Of a DNA stretch of 64,000 bases, positions 38,906-52,002 are shown one piece after another. Every line of letters starts with the position of its first letter. Positions within the stretch are counted from its first letter, which is position 1. The notes under the pieces are model-generated. The model was not told the origin of the DNA. It saw nothing but the letters and a program-made list of their open reading frames with translations, and did no database searches. The position numbers were made by a program, and so were the translations under genes. Origin of the DNA: Octopus vulgaris (lineage: Eukaryota); the NCBI GenBank assembly GCA_951406725.2, contig OX597826.1, positions 21,948,001 to 22,012,000 on the forward strand, written 5' to 3'.

Positions 38906-39052
38906 ATCTCATCTTCCTATGTCAGAAATCAGAATGAGCCATTTTAAGTCTTTTCACAATTTGTAGAAAATATTTTTAGAAAATTCTGGTGACTTGTGAA
39001 AAACTGATGAAACTAAACAAGATGACATTGTAATAATTTGGTCACTAAATGC

Positions 39053-39270
39053 GGAGGTGTGTGGCTTAGTGGTTAGGGCGTTGGATTAAGGATCGTAAGA
39101 TAGTGGTTTCAATTCCTGGACCGGGCAATGTGTCATGTTATTGAGCAAAACTCTTCATTTTATGTTGCTCTTTTCCACACAACTGGCAAAAATGAGTGAT
39201 CTTGGAACAGACTGACATCCTGTCCAATGGGGCAATACATGCGTCTTGGAAACCAACCCAATGAGTCTAG
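39053..39270 (+). mobile_element. tRNA-derived SINE head and body
   Basis: TGGCTTAGTGGTTAGG A box, GGTTTCAATTCC B box and ttgagcaaaac core-like motif. Confidence 0.65.
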
Positions 39271-39279
39271 GAAGTTTAT

Positions 39280-39663
39280 TCTTTTATTTGTTTCAGTCAT
39301 TTGACGGCAGCCATGCTGGAGCACCACCTTTTAGTTGAACACATCAACCCCAGGACTTATTCTTTGTAAGCCTAGTACTTATTCTATTGGTCTCTTTTGC
39401 CAAGCTGCTAAGTTACAGGGATGTAAACGCACCAACATTGGTTGTCGAGCGATGTTGGGGGTACAAACATAGACACACAAAAGCACACACACACATATAC
39501 GATGGGCTTCTTTCAGTTTCCATCTACCAAATCCACTCATAAGGTTTTGGTTGGCCCCTGGCTATAGTAGAAGACACTTGCCCAAGGTGCCATGCAGTGG
39601 GACTGAACCTGGAATCATGTGGTTGGTAAGCAAGCTAGTTATCCCACAGCTACTCCTGCACCT
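39280..39663 (-). mobile_element. tRNA-derived SINE, full length
   Basis: Colinear with 6338-6753. Confidence 0.85.
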
Positions 39664-40194
39664 ATATGTTCACAGTTTGCTTACCCTTAAATAGATGCAC
39701 ATTGGCTCACACATTTGTTTTCTACAAGTGGTCACGTGATGGTTTCACCCTTCCAGCTTGACAGAGCTGTCCATTTCATCATGTGACAACTGGCTGAGCA
39801 CAGGAAAATTTCTCCACCGTCAGCTTTAGAAGGAGAGATCTTCCCACTATTCTTTAGTGAGGTGCGTTTGCACAGTTGAGTTTGGATCTTGTTCATTCTG
39901 CAGGTAACCTTTGAGGCAGATGTCTTTTCCTGTCTTCCAGCAGAAGTCATGTCGTGTATTTGTTTTCCTGTTCTACACGTCACCATGTACCAACGGCATG
40001 AGAAACCATTGTGTATGTCTTCTGACTCTATCATTCAAGATGGCTGTGTGAATGCTCTTTAATGAGTTGGGTCAATCGTCGCATTTAATCCTCCTGGTTT
40101 TTCTGTTCCTTCCTTTATCCACATGCACATGTATAATGGAACCCAAACCAGCTTAATTCATCAACTCAACTTCTCAACCATTAAAAGAGATCTT

Positions 40195-40527
40195 CATCAT
40201 CATTATCGTTTAACGTCCGCTTTCCATGCTAGCATGGGTTGGACGGTTTTGACTGAGGGCTGGCGAACCAGATGGCTGCACAAGGCTTCAGTCTTGATCT
40301 GGCAGAGTTTCTACAGCTGGATGCCCTTCCTAACGCCAACCACTCCATGAGTGTAGTGGGTGCTTTAACGTGCCACCGGCACAGGGCCAGTCAGGTGGTA
40401 CTGGCAACGACCTCACTTGAATCTTTTAAACATGCCAGCGACACAGGTGTCAGTAAGGTGATGCTGGTAACGATCACACTCGAATGGTGTCTTTTACGTG
40501 CCACCAGCACAGAGGCCAGTTAGCCGC
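40195..40527 (-). mobile_element. RTE 3'-end fragment
   Basis: Matches 10250-10440. Confidence 0.8.
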
Positions 40528-40549
40528 TCTACCTTACCTTTAAGGCTTC

Positions 40550-40745
40550 AGCTGGCAGAATCATTATGGTACTGGGCATAATGCTTAGTGGCATTTCGTC
40601 TGTTTTATGTTGTGAGTTCAAATTCTGCTGATGTCAACTTTTCCTTTCATCCTTATGGGGTCAATGAAAGAAGTGCCAGTTGAGCAATGGGATTGCTTAC
40701 ACCCACCTCCAATCTTGCTGGCCTTGTATCAAAATCTGAAACTAA
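40550..40745 (+). mobile_element. Degenerate SINE, second family
   Basis: gctggcagaatc head, GAGTTCAAATTC B box and cctttcatcctt..ggggtc motif. Confidence 0.55.
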
Positions 40746-41019
40746 TATCTTGGTCAGCAAATTTTTTGCTATTTCTCAAGACAGCGATAAATATATTTCA
40801 GTTATATTTTCTTGGATATGATTAATACTTGAATATGCAAGCGAGTCATGTTCTCTAGCCCGTTTAGGAAGGTTTACCTCCAAATATGAACTATTGACCT
40901 ATGTCAGCATGAAAAGTGGACATAAAATGATGATGATGAGGAGGAGGAGGGGGAGGGTTAACTTTACCTTTGGAAATAAAACATTAAGGACAGACATTTC
41001 CACAAGAATATTTTTCTTT

Positions 41020-41340
41020 ACGGTAACCAAAGGTCTCTCTCTCTCCAAGTGAAGGGAAGATTGCATGATGTGTATGTAAGAATTGTGATGCTGCATGGTA
41101 ATGAGACATGGGCCCTGAATGTGCAGGGCATGTGAAAGCTGGTATGTTCTGCTGGATATGTGATGTCAGTGTGCATGTGTGACAGAGCATTGGTGTATTG
41201 AGGGAGAAGTTGGGCATAAGAGGAATTAGATGCAGGGTGCAAGAAAGGAGACTGTGCTGGTTTGGTCATGTGATGCAGATGGATGTAGACAGATGCATAA
41301 AGAAGTACCAATCACTTAAAGTGGAGGGAGACCCAGGGAG
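41020..41340 (+). mobile_element. Old RTE C-terminal fragment
   Basis: MLHGNETWAL and VQERRLCWFGHVM homology to 9400-9720. Confidence 0.7.
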
Positions 41341-43889
41341 ATGATTTGCTCTGGAAAAAAGCATTTCCCCCGTGAGTTTCACATCCCGACAGAGATCAAT
41401 GAAATTGACATAGCTGATGTTCAAGGAGAATGGTTAATGTGGTGCCTGAGGGAAGAAGGTAATGAGAGTTGGAGGGGAGTTGTGTGGACCTAGGTGGAAC
41501 TGGTGATAGACTGGCAAGATCTGAGGAACCACAGTTATTGCCATAGAAAAGATATGGAAATGAAATGTAATGGTGACTTTGTATCAGCCAGTCAAGTGAT
41601 AGGTTCTGGATGCAATCTTGGTTGTATTTGTAAAGAAGTTCTGGACATAATACTCCAGTTTGTACATCTCAGGCAGCACTGTCCTACATGTTGCTCATAC
41701 AAAAACTTTGTATAATTTTTGCTGTCAGGACTAATTCTTTCTTAGGAATCTAAGTTTAAATATATTTTATTAAACATATTTTGGAGTCTTATACAGATTT
41801 AAGAATCAGAAAAGCTCTGTTTCCATACCCCACTTTCAAGAATGCAAATTATTACATGAAACAGAACTCTTTTTTGATTAGTGTTTTTATGATGTTTGAC
41901 TGGGAACTGGGTTGCAGTGAACTTCAAAATGAAGACTGGTGCTTTTTGGTAATAGTTGAATTTTGTCTATGTTTCCCATAGGAACAGTTTTAGTGGTTAC
42001 ATATAGAATTCTAATAGGAATGTTGGGCAAAATGAAGATGGAAAAGAATTGGGATCTGGTTAACAGACTGAAATCTGCTAAACCATCCAAAGGACAGGTA
42101 GTACCATTAAATTCTGTGATAAGCTTATCATAGTTGGAAGAGCATTAAAAAAAACAACTTGTAATTCACATGATAAAATATATTCTATGATTTACAACGA
42201 CGATTTTAGACGAGATTTGCATTCAACTTGCATGTTAGCAATCTCCTTTAAGTTCAGACTCATTACAGAGTTTTCATCTCACTGTTTATCCTCATCAGTC
42301 TTCTGCCTTGTGAAAAGACTTTTGTGAGATAAGCACAGATATGTGTTTAGGGTATAAATACAGGTGTGTTTAGCATTTGGACCCAGGTATGTTTCGAGTT
42401 TGTTTACAAGTCAATCCAAACATGTGTCTTGGAAAGAAATGTTAAAAAATTGTGAAGCATACAAGCATGAGATGAGGGTTGCAGCTAACGGGCCATTGTT
42501 TAGCACCAGGTCATCCCTGAACGAGTAGATTTTATGATCAAAACCATGATCATCCATGACCCTCCATGGTCATCCGTGATTATTCTATCCTTTTAAGGAC
42601 ATCTAAGAACATATTATCAAACATATCCTGTTTCATTTGGAGATGGCAAAATACGACTGACTATCTTTGAGGGAGATTTGACTGCTGTATCTGGTATGTC
42701 AAGCTGCTACACAGAGGTTTTGTCATTGGCTCAAAGACATCAACATCCTATCATTGCTTACTTCTTTCTTTAGTTTTAAAAACATTGGTAGACTTTAGGA
42801 GCTGTATCAATGACACAGCAATGAGAGTAAGTCTTTAATGTAAAATACTGTTGCATATGAGAATAACATCAGCTTTAACCCTTTCATTATTTCTGACCAA
42901 AGTCACAGCCTTGTGGATGGGTTTATTGACAAATTCAGACATGTACAATATTCTTCAGTTGTCAAAACATTTCTCTGGATTATTGTCATGAAATATTGTT
43001 TATGTGAATGTCACTATCACTGAAGTGACAGACAACGGGTGTAAAGCTGAGAGAATCAGAGAAATCAAGAAAATGAATGCTTCAGTTAAACACACACACA
43101 CATGCACAATGCTACACATCACACATATAAACTCAAATATGAGTCAATGAGATAGAACTTCTACATAGTCATTCAACCTGTAAGAAATTATAGCCAAAAC
43201 ACCCTCAAAGCACAATCTACCATTCTAAAAATATAGTCAAAATGGGAATAACTATCCAGCTTTAATCCCCTCTCATGTTTTCTTCTTCTGCAGATAACTT
43301 CCAAGTGAATCGCTGGCAACTTTATTACACAACTGTTATCTTCCGTTATACATCACATATCTAAATCAATACAATCTCAACTCTTTCCAAGATATAAAGC
43401 AAATCATTCATGTCCAGTTTTTCTCTTGCTGCTCCATCATTTATGCACATTAACTTTATACATCCAGTGGAAAATACTCACCTCATTTCTTTCCAGTTTT
43501 CATTCACACATCCTTCACATTCAAGACCCATGTTTCACAGCTTTGCTATTTGATAGTTCATACACAAGCATCATACAGCCTAAACTTCACAGAGAGAGAG
43601 AGAGAGAGAGAATCCCGATGCTGCTAGTACAAATAAAAGTTCCCTAAGTATTCTCTGCCCTGTCCTTACAATGGTCATTACCTCTTAGTTACGGTTGCTG
43701 GGAAAGAGAAGTTGTCACCCATGTTTATGGAGATTTCAAAGAATTTACATCATGGATACTTTTACAGCATCTGTCTATTACATAACGAACTCCTCCTTCT
43801 TTGATGGCTTGCTTGTGATCACACTGCATCTGTTATGCATCCTTAGTTTACATTTAGTACACAGTAGAGCGTTGCTCATTCTTTTTTGC

Positions 43890-44080
43890 TGCATGTGCCA
43901 CGTAAAAAGCATGAAGTCCACTCTGCTGAGTGGTTGGTGTTAGGAAGGGCATCCAGCTGTAAAAATCCTGCCAAAACAGTCACAGAAGTCTGGTGCAAGT
44001 TTCAGCCTGGTTGGCTACTGTGGTACCATCCCACCCATGCTAGCATGGAAGACAGATGTTAAACGACAACGACGACGATG
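43890..44080 (+). mobile_element. RTE 3'-end fragment
   Basis: gtggttggtgttaggaagggcatccagctgta...cccatgctagcatggaa. Confidence 0.75.
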
Positions 44081-45846
44081 ATTGAGCTTAACCCCTCCTC
44101 CACTAAAAACACAGAAATTGGCCAGGAACAGAAGGCCTTTGAATATAGTTCTGCTTGATTGGAGTTGACACTGGGCTAAAGAGGAACAACAGCAATTGTT
44201 ATGATTCCCTGATTTGCTGGTCCAGTTAAAAATAGCAGCAAAATTTCTCTCAAGCAGACAGGAGTGTATCTGGGGCACATTGAGGAGTTTTTACAGAATA
44301 TTTGACTTTGAGGAAAAAAATATTTTTTATAAATGTTGACTACCTTACAAAACTATATCAGCCAAGTAAATGATCTTCTGTAAATGCATTAAAAACATCA
44401 TAACATATTGAAAATACTATTTCAAAGAATTATCTCTGTTCGCTTAGAGCATGAAAAAGACATATTTAGACAGAGCGAAATAAGTAAGACAAGGTTAATT
44501 TGCCACTTCACTTCTCCAGAATTACATTTGAAAACAGCCTCATGCACATTGATATTCATCCTTAGACATCAAAAAGATCATAAATGCAACAAAAATTTAA
44601 AACATCTAGGTCAAATGAAAGAGAATCATGGAAATATGGCACATGATATGAAATTAACGAAACTTGATTAAATCTAAAAACTCAGCAAAAATATCTTCTG
44701 TAGTTCTTCATAATCTGCTGGAGTGACTCTTTTCCACCATGGAACTAAAGAGAAGGAATTACTGAAATTAGTCTGTACTTATTTTGCCCCATTTTAAGCA
44801 TCATTTCTTGAAAATTATCAAATTAGACATTTGTGTAGGAAAATTTTGGTTTGGAATCCAACAGAGAAAAAAAATTGAATGCTAAACACCAAAAATTATC
44901 CAGATATTTTATTAGCAACCTCATTTACAATTGGGTCAAATTTGAGGAAAAATTTATTGAAAAAAAAGTACCTTTCACCCGGCTATGTTTCAAATTCTGC
45001 TAACTTCAACAACAAATATGCTGACCATTATTTACCCCTAAAGATGACGGAAGAATACAAAATAATTATGCATTACTTGGAATTTGAAATAGGTAGGGAG
45101 AAAAATAACAAGAAATCAGGAATTACACATTTTGCCCCCACCCCTACAATGTTGTTCATGGTGCACTGTATCACTATAAAAAAGATGGGATGGTCATAAA
45201 TGGAACAGCTTTGGACATAAGTTTATTCAAGTGGAGTTAACCTATAGTTTATCATCATCATCACCAGTAACAACAACTTTATTTGAAGTAAATTTTACAC
45301 AGCAACAACATATTTACATCTACATGTGGAATTCTCAAGTGTCAGACAATTGCATTTTGGGATTATTGAGACAAACAGAGGAGTATTTTTGAGCCAATCA
45401 AAAAATAGAGGCTCAATAAATTTGAATGTCACAAGAAGGAAACAATTTGGATTTCTTTAAAAAAAGCTCCAAGTATTTTTCCTGGTTATCATAACCATTT
45501 AGCCGAAGCTCAATGACCAATGGTAAAGGGAGATAAGCACCTAGTGGTTACCTTCATAGTAAGGCAGTTCCCCCTGCATATTTGGAAGAGGTCTTAGGCC
45601 AGCAGTGTTTGGTGTCTGAAGATATGCCGTAAGGCTAAAGCCCGCATGAGCAAGAAACCCAGGGTAACCCTATAAACTGGCCTCTCCCATTTTAATATTA
45701 ACTGCTCTACATCTTAGAGTGTGCTTCTTCTCTGGATTATGTATTTCTACATGAATTGTTGAAATTTATAGAAAAACAAAATACGAAGACAAGTGTATGA
45801 ACAAAAAACAAGCGTATTAGTTTGATGCTTGGGAAATTGAAAAAGT

Positions 45847-45882
45847 CTTTTACGTTTCAAGCCTACGTTCTTCAACAGAAAG
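45847..45882 (-). ncRNA. Degenerate minimal hammerhead-like motif
   Basis: Minus strand: CUUU-CUGUUGA-A-GAAC guag GCUU-GAAA-CG-UA-AAAG. Topology fits, but core position A6 is U and stem II is weak. Confidence 0.35.
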
Positions 45883-46446
45883 GAATAAGAGAAAATAAAC
45901 AGAGAGAGAAAAAAAAACTTGTAGACTTAGCGGTCAAGCATGGCAAATGATTAGGAAAAGGGACGGTCGTTTTTGTTTTTTTTGTCAAATAAACACATGC
46001 ACTATATATTCATTCTTCACTCGTTTATTACTGTTTTTATTGTAACTCATGTCCATTGTCTCGACAATAGGAAGGGGGATCCCCCTTCTCCATCCTCCCT
46101 CCCTCCCTCTATCTATCTATCTATCAAAACAAACACATCTCTCTTTTGTAATGCAGACACTTTCACTTTAATACTGAAACTATTAAAGTGAAAGTATTAT
46201 ATAACAGGGATGAACCATTAACAGTGGTCATCCATTTTGCTAGAAGAAGATCCACTATGGTCTTATATGCTACACCACTGGTTTTCAATTCATATTAATC
46301 AAATAATATTCAATTTTTCACCCTTATTATGTGTGTGTGTGTGTGTGTGTATTAGCAATTCGTATAAAATTGCATCAATGACTTGAACTTGAATAAGTAG
46401 TTTCACATAAATGGAAATAAATTAAAAAGGTTTGTTGTTATTATTA

Positions 46447-46752
46447 TTACTGTTTGACTATTGTAATCACGTTTGTTGATTCCTCATCAGGGAAACGTTG
46501 TTGTGTTGCATTTGTTAAATAATTGTAAACCGTAACCCTCCCCTTTTCGGAGAAGGGGCTATGGTTATTGTTTAAAAATTGAATCTTGTCCCTGTTTGGG
46601 GAAATTGACAATATTTTCACCGTCTTTACGGAAGCATTTTTGTTAAAATGCCTTCGATAGAAGAAAGTCCAAAAATGAACTTCGCTGCAGCCGTACACTT
46701 CTATACAAGAGGGAGGACAAGATCCAATTGATCGAAATTGCAAGAGACGGGC
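46447..46752 (-). CDS. Possible terminal exon of an unidentified gene (ARLLQFRSIGSCPPSC...VITIVKQ*)
   Basis: 101 open codons of non-repetitive sequence between a TAG acceptor (46753-46755) and a stop. Weak pyrimidine tract; no recognised homology. Confidence 0.2.
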   Translation of the reverse strand, partial: ARLLQFRSIGSCPPSCIEVYGCSEVHFWTFFYRRHFNKNASVKTVKILSISPNRDKIQFLNNNHSPFSEKGRVTVYNYLTNATQQRFPDEESTNVITIVKQ

Positions 46753-46925
46753 CTACAATTCCAGTCTGTTATATATTTTGAGTATTGTTATCACTAGTGA
46801 TATCAAGATATAACTTTGTAGTTTGTATTTTATGTGTAGATGTATATATATAGATGTACATGTAATATGTACATATATATATATACACATATATACATGC
46901 ATAATATATCTACCCATACACACAT

Positions 46926-46962
<37 letters not shown>

Positions 46963-46965
46963 TAG

Positions 46966-47098
46966 GGGCAGGTGTGGCTGTGTGGTAACAAACTATGTTC
47001 CAAACACATGGTCCTGGGTTCAGTCCCACTGTGTGGTGACTTGGCATGTGTCTTCTGCTGTCGCCTCAGACCAACAAAAGCCTTCTCAGTGGATTTTG
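46966..47098 (+). mobile_element. SINE 5' part
   Basis: A box TGGCTGTGTGG and B box GGTTCAGTCCC, as in 6338-6753. Confidence 0.75.
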
Positions 47099-47214
47099 TA
47101 CATATATACAGGCATACATACATATATATACATGCATACGTACATATTTGGCATAAACACTCTACCACTACAACTAATAACTGTTGGGAGCACTTTCAAA
47201 CCTGCCTTACATTC

Positions 47215-50178
47215 GAACCGGAATCTCAACGCGCGAGTTTTCCATCTGAAGTTAATCCCTCTCATGGAGCTCATACAAAAAGGGCAAGTCTTTGGGCCCA
47301 TACAATGTGACATGTACACAATCAAGTGGCAAAAAAGGGGCCTTCCACATGCTCATATCCTGCTTTGGCTCTCAGCAAAGATCAATTCCAATGACATCGA
47401 CAAGATAATCTCTGCAGAGCTTCCTGATCCAGCTTTAGACAAAGAACTGTACGAAATAGTTAAAGCAAACATGGTACATGGTCCATGTGGGCGTGGATTC
47501 AACATAAACACACCATGCTTGAGGGACAGCATATGTTCAAAAAGATTTCCAAGGAGGTTCCTACAAGAAACGCAGACAAGTGCTGATGGGTATCCATCAT
47601 ACAGACACAGAAAACCAGAAGACGGAGGTTTCACAGCAACTCTCGGACAGCACGATATTGATAATAGATGGATTGTTCCATACTACCCACTCCTGTCAAA
47701 GACTTTCAATGCCCACATCAACGTTGAGTTTTGCAACTCCGTTAAATCCATCAAGTACATTTGCAAATATGTAAACAAGGGTTCTGACGCTGCAATGTTT
47801 GGACTTCAACAAGAATACTGCCAGGATGAGGTGACGCATTATCAGGTAGGACGGTACATAAGTAGCAATGGGGCTTTCTGGCGCATCTTTGGCTTTCCAA
47901 TTCACCAACGACACCCCACCATTCAACAGCTTGCAGTGCACCTGGAAAATAGTCAAAGAGTGTACTTCACCGATGCTAATGCTTCTCTGTTGGTAGAGGA
48001 ACCAAGGGATAGTACACTCACTGCATTCTTCAAGCTTTGTCAAGTGGATCCATTCGCTCAAACCTTGCTGTATCCACAGATTCCATCATACTACACTTGG
48101 AATGGAAAAAAATGGGCTCCACGGAAAGCAGGTCAAAATGTTCATGGATACCCTGGCATTAAGTTTCACACTTGCCTTGAGCGAGTATACACAGTGCATC
48201 CCACTCAACAAGAGTGCTTCTACCTTTGTCTACTACTGCATGAGGTCAGAAGGTCAACATCTTTCCAGGCCCTAAAAACCATTCATGGACATGTCTGCAC
48301 AACATACAGAGAAACCTGCTATCAACAAGGTCTGTTAGAAGATGGTGCACAATGGGATGCAACTTTAGGAGAGGCTGCTTTATCACAATCACCTAAAAGT
48401 CTCAGGGCACTATTTGCAGTATTAGTACAGGCATGCGAACTGTGTGATCCGGCCACTCTATGGCTCAAATATAGAGACAACCTGGCTGAAGACTTTCAGT
48501 GCCAAGCTCAACTGCTTTATCCTGACATGGAGGGAATCAGCAATGAAATCTATAACAAAACACTCATTGACATTGAAGACAGAATTGCTAAACTGGGTAG
48601 AAATGAATTGTCGACGTATGGCCTGCCACAAGCATTCAGGTCAGGGTCAAATAGCCTTCCCACTGCTGTCATTCGTGAAACAACCTACGACACTCAAGTG
48701 CTTTCAAAGTACATTGTTGAAAATGAGCCTAAATTACTTCCGGACCAGCTGCAGGCCTACAGAACTATTCTTAACAGTGTACGCCAACACGATGGACGAA
48801 TCTTCTTCCTCGATGCTCCTGGAGGGACAGGAAAAACATTTTTTACAAAGCTTCTCCTTGCAGAAGTTAGGCAGCATCAGGACATTACAGTAGCTGTAGC
48901 CTCCTCTGGCATTGCAGCTACTTTGTTACCCGGTGGCAGGACAGCACACTCAACTTTTAAACTCCCTCTCAATTTAGCAGCATCCGAAATGCCTCCATGC
49001 AACATCAACAAAAGCTCAGATCAGGGACAAGTACTTAAAATGTGTCATCTAATTGTCTGGGACGAGTGCACTATGGCTCATAAGGGAGCTTTGGAAGCAT
49101 TAGATAAAGCCCTGAAAGACATCTGAGATTGTCAGGCTCCAGTGGGAGGTGTAACGCTTCTGTTGTCAGGTGATTTCTGGTAAACTCTTCCTGTCATTCC
49201 GAAAGGCACTAGAGCAGATGAAGTCCAAGCATGCCTAAAGTCCTCTACCCTGTGGCATCATGTTACAATCCTCAGTCTCATCACTAACATGAGAGCTCAG
49301 CTACACGGCGACAAAATGTCCACAAAGTTTGCGAAGGACATTTTGACACTTGGTGAAGGCAAGATGTCTCTCGATGCTGCAGGACAAATGGAAGTGTGGT
49401 CATTTTCCTCTGTTGTTAATTCTGTAGATGACCTCAAAAACAAAGTCTTTCTCAACTTCACACAAAACTACCAAAATCACAATTGGCTGTGTGAAAGAGC
49501 AATATTAGCTCCAAAAAACGTCGCTGTTAACAAAATTAATCAACAGCTAATGCATTCTCTTCCCAGCACTATACACACTTACAAGTCTGTTGATACAATT
49601 CCAGATATAAATGAAGTTGTGAACTATCCTCCTGAATTTCTCAATTCACTGGAGCCTCCTGGACTACCTCCACACATATTAGCACTTAAAGTTGGAACTC
49701 CTGTAATGCTACTCCGCAATCTGGAACCACCAAGACTTTGCAATGGAACACGACTGGTGATAAAGAAAATGATGTCACACGTTATCGAGGCGATCATTCT
49801 TTCTGGATGTGGAAAGGTGATGACATCTTTATTCCAAGATTTCCTCTTACTCCATCAGGAGCAGAAATTCCATTTACATTCAGAAGACTGCGATTCCCCC
49901 TTTGTGTCAGCTTTGCCATGTCTATTAACAAATCTCAGGGTCAAACCCTCTCTGTAGCTGGTCTTCTCTTGGAAGAGCCCTGCTTCTCGCATGGGCAACT
50001 GTATGTTGGCTGCTCAAGAGTAGGAACCAAAAGACACCTTTTTGTATATGCTCCACAAGGAAAAACAAAGAACATTGTTTACAATGAGGTGTTATAATCT
50101 CAACAGCCAGGAGGTATATACATGATCCCCTTTTTTTAAACAAACTTCATGTACTTTCATGTATTTATATTAATATAC

Positions 50179-50210
<32 letters not shown>

Positions 50211-50283
50211 ATCCATATATATATAAAAGAAAAGTGTCATTCTTCAATTGAATGTAACGGGCAATGCCGGGTATCTCTGCTAG
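47215..50283 (+). mobile_element. 5'-truncated Helitron, RepHel pseudogene
   Basis: Rep motif 2 QKRGLPHAH and motif 3 KYICKY; PIF1-like helicase DAPGGTGKT, VWDE, LRNL...LCNGTR, NKSQGQT and FSHGQLYV. Stops at 49124 and 49181, frameshift near 49815. 3' hairpin CGGGCAATGCCGGG then CTAG|T at 50280-50283. Confidence 0.93.
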
Positions 50284-50299
50284 TATATATATATATATA

Positions 50300-50714
50300 T
50301 ATGCATGGGTATGCAGAAATTCCGGGATGGTGTCCGGCATGCTGAAAGACCACTGGGAGTGAAGCACCCCTCAGCTTTTGTTAAAGCATGTCTCTAGGAG
50401 AAGGTCACTCTGATATAAAACCAGATATGCAGGGAATGGCATTGGACATTTTGGGGATCTTTGGTTTGTGCTAGAGATCACGGCGCTCCCACATCCCTGA
50501 GCCTGTGACTCATATTGGCACCAGACATCTTGCTCCGGCTTGTCTCTGGATAATGTCAATAAAGTGGAGAGGGTCTATGAGGTGTTGTGCAAGCCTTATT
50601 GGACTTAAAACTCTGCACAGGCATTGCCGACCTCTGTTCAATATGTGCATTTTTTTTTCCTCTATATATATTTATCTTATTTATTTTTAGTATATATTTT
50701 CTTCATTTTTAGTA

Positions 50715-50745
<31 letters not shown>

Positions 50746-52002
50746 TTCTATTCAGAAGTCCTGGGGCGATGGGAAGGTGGTGAAGCATGCAGACCTGACG
50801 GGTTGGAAGTATGTAGTCAGCGACCTGCATGTAGGCGGCCCATGCTAGATATAAAATCGTCTCCTTGTCGCCCAAGACACCGGTAGGATTCGGTTGCTGC
50901 ATGGGTGTCTGAGCAGCTCCATTTGGAGAGGGCACTGCTCACCCGGAGACCGGGGAGGTTCTAGAAAAGGTGAACCAAAAATTGCCTGTCTTTCCATATC
51001 TGGTCAGTTTAGCGCTACTGACGGATGTCCACCCTGTGCTCGAAAAACAAAGAGTCTTTTATCTATAAAATCTGGACGAAACTTAAACATTTCATGTTGG
51101 AATGTGCTCACTCTGTTGGACAACAAGAGTGATTGCAGGCCTGAAAGACGACCTGCACTTGTTGCTCGTGAGCTGAACCGTTATAAAATTGATATAGCTG
51201 CACTCTCAGAGACTCGTATAGAAGGTGATGGTCAGCTTGAGGAAGTAGGAGGTGTATACACCTTTTTTTGGAAAGGAAGGCAGAAGGGGGGAACGCAGAG
51301 AGGCTGGTGTTGGTTTTGCAGTCCAATCTGATATCCTGAAGAAGTTGGAAGAGCTCCTTGTTCCTATAAATGAACGTATAATGACGCTACGGTTGCACTT
51401 GAAAGGTAAGCAGTTTGCTACTCTAATAAGTGCCTATGCACCTACTTTGAATAGCTGTGATGAAGATAAAACAATCTTTTATACCCAGCTGAGAGCCATA
51501 CTTAGAAAAATCCCCAATTCTGATAAAGTCATTCTACTGGGGGATTTTAATACCAGGGTTGGAACAGACTGGCAAACATGGAACTCTCTTGGATGTTTTG
51601 GAGTAAGGAAAATGAATAGCAATGGTCTCATGCTACTGGAGCTTTGCGAAGAACATGGACTTTACATTGCAAGCACTCATTTTGTGCACAAAGGTGATCA
51701 CACAACAACATGGATGCATCCAAGGTCCAAAGTTTGGCACTTGCTGGATTATGTCATCATCCGCAAGCACCACATTTATGACATTTGTAATGTCAAGTCC
51801 TTGCATGGATCAGAATGCAGGACAGACCACAGTCTGGTGCGAGCAAAGTTCCGGATGGCGATTAGGACGAAAGATAGAAGAGGATCAGTCAGCATTCCTT
51901 GCCGTCTAAATGTCCACAAGGTATGTGATGTTGTGGTTAGGAAAGAGCTTCAATGAAACTGCTGCAGCATGGGAAGATTTTCGAGTCCAGGTTGCTCAAT
52001 GT
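50300..52002 (+). mobile_element. RTE (BovB-like) LINE 5' UTR and endonuclease, cut off at the LTR element
   Basis: WNV.TL, IDIAALSETR, GVGFAV, SAYAPT, LGDFN.RVG, LDYVI and TDH motifs; frameshift near 51280. Confidence 0.85.

Noticed and set aside
39732-40100. Possible DNA-transposon Cys-rich C-terminal relic
   Set aside because: No diagnostic motif or terminus could be confirmed.
44330-45000. Possible hAT transposase relic
   Set aside because: Too degenerate to support by eye.
46468-46500. CUGAUGA on the minus strand as a hammerhead (also 10355, 23937, 30011, 45616, 7118)
   Set aside because: No properly placed GAAA with closing stems I and III.
46823-47214. N-terminal 130 aa of the 767-aa ORF as a Helitron-captured domain
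   Set aside because: It is microsatellite plus SINE head that happens to be in frame; Rep motif 1 is missing.
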